From NCBI GenBank assembly GCA_963762565.1, contig CAVXLD010000003.1, positions 800,001 to 864,000 on the forward strand: a stretch of DNA of 64,000 bases. Reading direction: 5' to 3'. A program made the translations under genes and the position numbers. The notes below the pieces were generated by a model. The model was not told where the DNA came from, did no database searches, and worked only from the letters and a program-made list of their open reading frames with translations. The stretch comes from an uncultured Verrucomicrobiae bacterium. GTDB taxonomy: Bacteria > Verrucomicrobiota > Verrucomicrobiia > Chthoniobacterales > JAFAMB01. This document shows, piece after piece, positions 58,597 to 64,000 of this stretch (within the stretch, counting starts at the first letter, position 1; every line of letters starts with the position of its first letter).

Positions 58597-58992
58597 TCAG
58601 GATCGGTGGGCGAACGCTGCAGAGGGACTGCCGCTAGAGTCGGCTTTATCACCGAGGTCCATGGCTTCAATAAGACCGTTGTTCAGAGTAAAGACATGCA
58701 GGACCTCGCTGTCCGAAAGAACATCGCCTTGAAGACTCTTGACGAGTTGCTGCACTCTGACGCGGGTCTTGCCTCCGTTTTCATCGCTCATTGCAAGCGG
58801 TTCGACATGGGGATCGAACTCACGCCATTGTCGAGTCCAATAGGCGCGGACCTCTTCCTTCCCGACAACTCTGCCGCCCTCCGAAGCCTTGGGCCAACTC
58901 ACGTCTTGCGTCATCAGTGCTAGTGCACCGTCGATGTCCCGCTTGTTGAATGCGGAGTAAGCCTGCGCAATAACGGTCCTAGTATCTGCCAT
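58597..58992 (-). CDS. SnoaL-like / NTF2 family protein
   Basis: AYSAFNKRDIDGAL..DVSWP..GG...GKEEVRAYW. Confidence 0.85.
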   Translation of the reverse strand: MADTRTVIAQAYSAFNKRDIDGALALMTQDVSWPKASEGGRVVGKEEVRAYWTRQWREFDPHVEPLAMSDENGGKTRVRVQQLVKSLQGDVLSDSEVLHVFTLNNGLIEAMDLGDKADSSGSPSAAFAHRS

Positions 58993-59331
58993 TCATCATC
59001 CTACAACGCCCTCCCCACTTCGTCGCTTCGTTTGATATCTCAGGCGGTTGACGCGGTTTCTACCGCCCTTTCAGGGCGGTCCGCCTTTTGGAATCGATAA
59101 CCTGGGGTTAAAACCCCAGGCTGAGTCCTGTCATCCCTTCGGGATAAGTCCGACAAGTTCCACTCTCCTATTATTTCCATTTCGTCGCATCACAGAAGGT
59201 AATTCACCCATCCCCCATCTTCGAAAACTGCCGATCGTGCATTTTTCACAGTATATCCTTGAACGCCGCGACATCTCTTAATACTAAGGGCGCCAGCCGT
59301 CCGTGGCGTCGCCCAAAACCGACGGCAACAA

Positions 59332-60787
59332 ATGACATTCGATCCGTGGCCACGGACGCGGCAAACGATCAAATTTTGTGAGGGAGACCTAAGAGACCAT
59401 CTACGGGCGCAGGAGCTCGAGAACGCGGTTCGTTCACCGCAGGCTCATCCTCCCGGTCCAAAGGGATTCTCGGTCCTGGCTTGTTGTTTATCGCGCCAAC
59501 GCAACCCGCTACAAGAGCTCGGGGTTATGGCGCGAAAATATGGCGATATCGTCCATATGCAACTCGGGCGCCGGCATGACTATTTGATCAATCACCCGGA
59601 TCACATAAAGGCGATCCTTTGTGCACCGCAGACCGAGATGGCGCGGTCCACTCCGCCGGGATTGAAACGGTTGGTCGGAACGAGGCCTCCTGACCAGCCA
59701 AGGTAACTACCATCGGTGCCATAAACGGATGCTGGCGCCTGCGTTTCACAAAGAGATCGTGCGCCAATGGGGTTTAACCATCGTGGCTGAATGTAGGCGG
59801 CTGTGCGCCGGCTGGCGTGATGGCCAGGAGCTTGACATTGAATACGAGATGATGCGGTTAACTCTCGCGATTGTCCTAAAGGCGTTCCTCAGCGTCGATC
59901 TCGCGGAACGCACCGATGAAATCGCAAGAGCCGCTAACACGCTAATAGAGATGATCCATTGCCGTACCCTGCCGGTAATTGACGATTTGCTTGATAAGAT
60001 AGCGTTAGGCAGGATTCGGCGGTTCAACGACGCCCGCCAGCATTTTGACGCCATTGTTTACCGGATGATCCGCGAACGCCGAGACGCCGCTTCTCCGGCA
60101 AAGGATCTACTCTCTACGCTCCTGCAAATTCGGGACGAGGAAACTGGCTCGCCAGCGCTGACGGACGAAGAGATCCGCGACGAAATCGTTACCATGCTCA
60201 TCGCTGGACATGAAACGACTGCGCACGCACTGACCTGGACTTGGTATCTTCTGTCTCAGCATCCCGAGGCCGAAGAGAAAATGCATGCTGAACTGGACGC
60301 CGTTTTGCGGGCACAGTTGCCGGCAGTTAACGATCTAGATTTGCTACCCTACAACCGAATGGTCCTGAGTGAAGCGATACGTTTGTATCCCCCGGTCTGG
60401 ATCGTTGCCCGACGCAATCCTACCGTTTGGTGGGTCGGGAACTACCGGTTTCCTCCAGGGTCTTTCATTTTTATCAGTCAATACCTCATGCAACACGATC
60501 CGCGATTTTTCCCGGATCCCGAGTGTTTTGACCCTGATCGTTGGAAACCTGAGGCGGCTGCGCAGCGCCCAAAATATTCCTACTTCCCATTCGGTGGCGG
60601 GCCACGCCAATGTATCGGCGAAGGCTTTGCCTGGATCGTTGGACTTTTAGTGATAGCGACTGTCGGACAAAGGTGGCGCTTTACGCTTGCGCCCGATCAG
60701 CGGATCGCCCTTGAGCCGTTAATCACGCTCCGTCCCAAGTACGGCATGCGTATGATTGCGAAGCAACGTGCCCAGTTTTCCTACTGA
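59332..60787 (+). pseudogene. Cytochrome P450, split by a +1 frameshift at ~59680
   Basis: PPGP and YGDIV in ORF1; AGHETT, EAIR, FDPDRW, FGGGPRQCIG in ORF2; removing one A restores LVGRGLLTSQG. Confidence 0.9.
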
Positions 60788-60842
60788 TAGAACGGGCGGC
60801 CGGAACGAAATTGCAACGCGACCTTGCGAAGTAGTCGTCGAA

Positions 60843-61445
60843 CTATCCGGTCTTCAAAGGCCCGGCGACCTTGTAATTACTGAGGATGATGCCGGACGGG
60901 AATGCTTTCGTGCTGACGAGCTCGAATGACCGTGGCGGGGTTCCCTCCGCAAAGAGGCGCTTCCCCGTGCCCAACAGGACGGGATAGACGACCAACAGGA
61001 CTTCATCCGCAAGCCCATGTTCGAGGAGCGTCGATGTCAGCGTGATGCTACCCGAGAGGATAAGGTCCGGGCCGTCCTGCGACTTGATACGGCGAATGCC
61101 CTCGATCATGTCCGGTCCAAGGCCCTCGAACGGGCCCCATTCAAGACTTTCCGGACGGTGGGTAGCCACATATTTTTTTGCCGCATTGAGGCCGTCCGCG
61201 AACGGACTGCTCGGCGCCTTTGGCCAGAAGCCCGACCACATATCGTAGGTGCGACGGCCAAGCACCAGATCGAAGCTCCCGCCATACTCGGCGAAGAGTG
61301 CGTCTCGGCCCGCGGGTGTCCGATAGGGAGCGCTCCAGTCACCGTAGGGGAAATCGCCGTCTTCGCCGGAGACCTGGATCACGCCGTCCAGTGACATGTG
61401 TTCGATGATTTTGAGCTTTCTCACTGGATTGCGTTGCGTAGTCAT
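60843..61445 (-). CDS. Dihydrofolate reductase / RibD C-terminal family protein
   Basis: MSLDGV, LGRRTY, GSITL, LADE..L.VYPVLLGTGKRLF. Confidence 0.9.
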   Translation of the reverse strand: MTTQRNPVRKLKIIEHMSLDGVIQVSGEDGDFPYGDWSAPYRTPAGRDALFAEYGGSFDLVLGRRTYDMWSGFWPKAPSSPFADGLNAAKKYVATHRPESLEWGPFEGLGPDMIEGIRRIKSQDGPDLILSGSITLTSTLLEHGLADEVLLVVYPVLLGTGKRLFAEGTPPRSFELVSTKAFPSGIILSNYKVAGPLKTG

Positions 61446-61656
61446 AGTTGGTGTTAGTTTTTTTAGCTGGATTCAAATACTCGACGAACGAGCGGGCCAT
61501 GCTCGGACATGAATTCCGAATTTTTCTTGTTCGATTCTCCTAACCAGTTTCACTGGACCGGGTGCGGAAGACGGTTGTATACGCGACTCCGTTTTGCCGC
61601 CCCCTCGGAAAAAACAACTTTGCATGGCTCAGTATGATGACTAACACAGAGGCATC

Positions 61657-62394
61657 ATGCGTCTTCTTCTCACTTCCGCTGGTATCAGTAACCCGAGCAT
61701 CCACGACGCGCTAGTCGAGTTACTGGGCAAGCCGATTGCCGAGTCCAACGCCCTCTTCATTCCCACCGCGATATACCCCTTCCCCGGCAGTGCTCATCAG
61801 GCATGGCAGGCGATCTGCGGAAAAAAAGCCCAAATCCCATTGTGCGAACTGGGTTGGAAATCGTTGGGAGTGCTTGAGCTCACCGCGCTGCCCAGTGTCG
61901 ATAAAAAAGCTTGGGTCCCATCGGTCGAGGAGGCTGACGCCCTGTTGTTTTGGGGGGGCGATGTCTTGTATCTGTGCCACTGGATGCGGCAGTCTGGACT
62001 AGCAGACCTGTTGCCGTCGCTGCGGGGGGACTCGGTCTATGTGGGAGTCAGCGCCGGGAGTATGGCGGCGTCCGCCACCTTCGGAGAGACCTACCGTAAC
62101 CCGCCCAGCGCCAGCGGTAGCGTGCTCACCTCGGAAGACATCGTGTTCGCAACAGCCCAAGGAGAAATCAAAAGAATCTTCGTCACGGCTCAGGGAACAG
62201 GACTGGTTGACTTTGCGTTGATTACGCACCTGGATCACGAAGATCACCCAGCCGCTTCCGCAGCTAACGCGGAAAAATGGGCTGCGAGGCTACCAGTCCC
62301 GGTGTACGCGATTGACGATCAGACCGCCATCAAAGTGGCCGACGGCACTGTCGAGGTCGTCTCCGAGGGGCATTGGAAGCTGTTTACCCCCTAA
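61657..62394 (+). CDS. Peptidase S51 (dipeptidase E) family protein
   Basis: LLLTSAG, FIPTA, WGGD, YVGVSAGS nucleophile elbow, YAIDDQTAI. Confidence 0.85.
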   Translation: MRLLLTSAGISNPSIHDALVELLGKPIAESNALFIPTAIYPFPGSAHQAWQAICGKKAQIPLCELGWKSLGVLELTALPSVDKKAWVPSVEEADALLFWGGDVLYLCHWMRQSGLADLLPSLRGDSVYVGVSAGSMAASATFGETYRNPPSASGSVLTSEDIVFATAQGEIKRIFVTAQGTGLVDFALITHLDHEDHPAASAANAEKWAARLPVPVYAIDDQTAIKVADGTVEVVSEGHWKLFTP

Positions 62395-62770
62395 TACCGA
62401 GAGGCTTGGTTGGGATGGAAGTCGTTGTTGGCGTGCTCGCTGCTTCGGTTTTAGCGCAATTCCTGGGAAATCTGCTCTACGTTATCGTCCGAAGCTTGAG
62501 CCAACCTCGATTTCGGCTGCGCAGCGATATCCATCGGCCCGCGAAACTCATGCCCACGGTCTGTGTTGCCTACCGCTCGAGGTCGGCCTCGCAAGCGAGG
62601 CGCGCTCCAAACCAGGCGTTGGCGAAGTCGGAAGGACGACGACGAGGACAGCCTGCCCGACGAAGCTTTTGCTCCATCGGTTCGCAACTCTGTTAGTGAG
62701 CGAAGTCGGGAGAGCGAAGCGCCTTGTGAGGAACATCGCGAATGCCGATCAATCGTGTTGGATGGAAGGG

Positions 62771-63179
62771 TTACTGGGTAGAAGCCTTTGCCGCCCGTTC
62801 GATCAAACCCGCCACCTCATTTGGCTTGGAAGGTAGACCGCGTGGCTGGCGGGAACCTCGATCGTTTCGCTGCCGGCCCGCTTGGCCATGCTGCGCTCGA
62901 GATCGGGATTAATGTTGCGGTCGCGAGTCGCCACCAGCGCCCAGCTCTTCTTCTGGTGCCAGGCGGCCGCTGTCACCTGCGCGTCAGCGGCTCCTGCACC
63001 ACGCTGACCGTATAGCCGTCTTTAACCAGAATGTCCGCGACCTGCCGCCATCCGGAACCGTCGGCGAAGGCCCCGTGCACGATGACGACGTTCTTGACCG
63101 ACTCGGCCCGGGCCGGGGCGACGGCAGCTGACAGAAGTGCCACTGCTGCGGTGGCAGCGACAACGGATTTATTTAGCAT
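62771..63179 (-). pseudogene. Secreted alpha/beta hydrolase pseudogene (large internal deletion plus frameshift)
   Basis: VIVHGAFADGSGW..VVQEPLT joined out of frame to AAWHQKKSW..DRNINP..ASHAVY; the GHSxGG segment is absent. Confidence 0.85.
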
Positions 63180-63203
63180 AGAATTCTTCTTCATTATTAA
63201 TGA

Positions 63204-63266
63204 TATTCAACCGGAAGGTTGAATAAATCGTTCGACTCGAAAAATTGTCAACCTTTTGGTAGAATA
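63204..63266. promoter_or_regulatory. Two palindromic operator boxes, probable ArsR sites
   Basis: TATTCAACC-N4-GGTTGAATA (63204-63225, perfect) and TTGTCAACC-N4-GGTAGAATA (63245-63266). Confidence 0.7.
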
Positions 63267-63292
63267 TTTTAGAATCAAGCGGACAGATTGTT

Positions 63293-63691
63293 ATGATTAA
63301 GATGGAAGGCGGGAAGGAAGCGGCTTCGCGCACCGCGCGTCTCGACGCGGCATTCGCCGCGTTAGCCGATCCGACGCGGCGGGCGATTGTGGAACGGCTC
63401 TCACGCAGCGAGGCGCGCGTGACCGAGCTCGCCGAACCCTTCCCTATGTCCTTGAACGCCGTGTCGAAACATATCCGCGTGCTGGAAGCGAGCGGCGTGG
63501 TCGAGCGGCACCGGCAAGGGCGCGACCACATTCTCTCCATCAATACCCGTTCGCTGGACGAGGTCCTTGGCTGGATCGAGCGGATGCGCCGCTATTGGGA
63601 GGAGCGGCTAGAAGCGATGGAGCGCGTGCTGCGCGAGCTCAACAAGGACCACAAGTTGGGGCCAAAGGATCGCACGCATGGTTCACGATGA
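63293..63691 (+). CDS. ArsR/SmtB family transcriptional regulator
   Basis: FAALADPTRRAIV..L, VTELAEPF.MS..AVSKHIRVLE.SG. Confidence 0.92.
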   Translation: MIKMEGGKEAASRTARLDAAFAALADPTRRAIVERLSRSEARVTELAEPFPMSLNAVSKHIRVLEASGVVERHRQGRDHILSINTRSLDEVLGWIERMRRYWEERLEAMERVLRELNKDHKLGPKDRTHGSR

Positions 63692-64000
63692 CACGACGGG
63701 CCCGATCCTGCAGATACGCCGGCGCCTAAGGGCCGAGGCGGAGCAGATCTTCGAGCTGTGGACCAAACCCGATTTGATGGTTCGGTGGATGAGCCCCTAT
63801 CCGGGCGCGGTCGATTGCCAGGTGAGCCGTGACCTCCGCCCTGGCGGAGCCTTCAGCCTGGTCATGTCATCGAAGGAATCAATCCGCGAAGTATCCGGCA
63901 CCTATCGCCGATACCCTCGGACTGCTCTCATGAGAACAGAGCGGCGCATCATGGCGGGTCGCTCTGCACATTGGGTACGACTTACTACGCTATTTCAGCG
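63678..64000 (+). pseudogene. SRPBCC/AHSA1 domain protein, apparently truncated (frame runs off window)
   Basis: IFELWTKPDLMVRW..DLRPGGAF..VSGTY, then family-like sequence is lost at ~63906; overlaps the arsR stop. Confidence 0.65.

Noticed and set aside
53618..60787. Terpene biosynthetic cluster (cyclase-like gene plus P450)
   Set aside because: The cyclase-like protein lacks a DxDD motif, the genes are separated by unrelated ORFs, and no prenyl synthase is present

Overview
Bacterial chromosomal window, probably a soil Verrucomicrobium (an inference from the GloVer-type beta-propeller repeats and the kinase/TIR-TolB-TPR proteins). It has two regimes. From about 1-36 kb the genes are mostly intact housekeeping, transport and sulfur genes (ArnT/GT2, ROK and LacI regulators, three MFS transporters, amidase, ssuA/ssuD, serine hydrolase), plus a 1689-aa membrane-anchored nSTAND1 NTPase with a very long 28-aa-repeat coiled coil. 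Almost every spacer there holds concentric, nested inverted-repeat modules. These include 7-9-bp tandem arms that often supply the flanking genes' stop codons, several REP-like palindromes, and a 32-bp element whose filled and empty sites can both be read in the window; some modules lie in frame inside proteins. From about 36-64 kb the DNA looks accessory and partly decayed. It holds an IS110 element (sub-terminal IRs, CT/AG core, structured leader that may encode a bridge RNA), ppc, TIR-TolB-TPR, cysK, kinase-TolB-TPR, an ADOP permease, a frameshifted P450 and several pseudogenes. I found no rRNA, tRNA or CRISPR array. All calls are by eye, without database searches.
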